A stretch of 64,000 nt of DNA from Clostridia bacterium. Lineage in GTDB: Bacteria > Bacillota > Clostridia > Oscillospirales > CAG-272. Position numbers and translations under genes: made by a program. Under the pieces are notes generated by a model. It made no database searches. It saw nothing but the letters and a program-made list of their open reading frames with translations, and had not been told where the DNA came from. The stretch's first letter is position 1, and every line of letters starts with the position of its first letter. This document shows positions 63,589 to 64,000 of the stretch, piece after piece. The stretch is from positions 26,892 through 90,891 of the forward strand of contig JAFTQT010000046.1 of assembly GCA_017462615.1 (NCBI GenBank), in the 5' to 3' direction.

Positions 63589-64000
63589 ATGAAGCACCTG
63601 ACCACTAACAAGTATGTTGTTTCTTGGATCGAGGAAATGGCCGCTATGACCAACCCCGACAAGATCGTCTGGATCGACGGCACTGAGGAACAGGCCGAGG
63701 CTCTGCGCGCAGAGGCTTGCTCTACCGGCGAGATGATCAAGCTCAACCAGGATCTGCTGCCCAACTGCTACCTGCACCGCACCGCCATCAACGACGTTGC
63801 CCGTGTAGAGGACAGAACCTTTATCTGCACCGAGAAGAAAGAGGACGCAGGTAATATCAACAACTGGATGGCTCCTGCCGAGATGAAGGAAAAGCTCTTC
63901 AAGCTCTACAAAAACTCCATGAAGGGTCGTACCATGTACGTGATTCCCTACTCCATGGGCGTTGTAGGCTCCGACTTCGCCAAGTACGGCATCGAGCTGA
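63589..64000 (+). CDS. pckG: Phosphoenolpyruvate carboxykinase (GTP), 5' part (runs off right edge)
   Basis: Own translation: MKHLTTNKYVVSWIEEMAAMTNPDKIVWIDGTEEQ...NCYLHRTAINDVARVEDRTFICTEKKEDAGNINNWMAPAEMK. This is the GTP-PEPCK N-terminal pattern. AGGAGG, 8 nt, ATG. Confidence 0.88.
   Translation, partial: MKHLTTNKYVVSWIEEMAAMTNPDKIVWIDGTEEQAEALRAEACSTGEMIKLNQDLLPNCYLHRTAINDVARVEDRTFICTEKKEDAGNINNWMAPAEMKEKLFKLYKNSMKGRTMYVIPYSMGVVGSDFAKYGIEL

Noticed and set aside
1-64000. A search by eye for tRNA, rRNA, tmRNA, RNase P, riboswitch leaders, CRISPR arrays and IS elements.
   Set aside because: No T-arm GGTTCGAATCC-type sequences occur outside coding frames. No long non-coding gaps exist other than 1040-1920. 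All other intergenic regions are under 260 nt and are explained by promoters and terminators. A covariance-model scan (Infernal/Rfam, tRNAscan-SE) would be needed to be definitive.

Overview
The window looks like chromosomal DNA from a spore-forming Clostridia-type Firmicute. Evidence: spoIIID, spoVB, whiA and a pdaA-like gene are present, hand-counted G+C is roughly 55-68% in housekeeping genes, SD sites are strong GGAGG, and many start/stop codons overlap as ATGA or GTGA. All functional calls come from motif recognition by eye in the supplied translations or my own translations; no database search was run.

Most of the window is conserved housekeeping:
- lepB-rbgA-rnhB-yraN-dipeptidase-thrC
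- tig-clpP-clpX
- pcrA and secA
- trmL-mnmA
- a PBP1A gene, then dnaE-whiA-murB
- coaE, prfA and sua5
- a topoisomerase A-subunit gene
- glyQS
- a long minus-strand operon: nusB-(Kae1-like)-xseA-xseB-ispA-(PAP2-like)-tlyA-nadK-argR-recN-ybaK
- a GTP-type PEP carboxykinase gene running off the right edge

I added two coding regions the ORF track does not give: a 56-aa rubredoxin (60730-60900, minus strand) and the 5' part of a SpoU/TrmH methyltransferase (1-638, minus strand). I found no tRNA, rRNA, CRISPR array, transposase or integrase.

Segments worth a second look, most interesting first:
1. A three-gene module directly downstream of glyQS (49025-50454): an HPr-kinase-like P-loop protein, a PqqD/RRE-like protein and an anchorless S26/S24 Ser-His peptidase. 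No precursor, cyclase, radical-SAM or exporter gene is visible.
2. A 2.4-kb AT-rich island after the clpX terminator (13831-16221) carrying five small membrane or membrane-anchored proteins.
3. A bipartite ~92-bp tandem repeat array in an ~880-bp gene-free AT-rich gap after spoIIID (1284-1650).
4. A translationally coupled pair of unknown polytopic membrane proteins between secA and pcrA (25277-27278).
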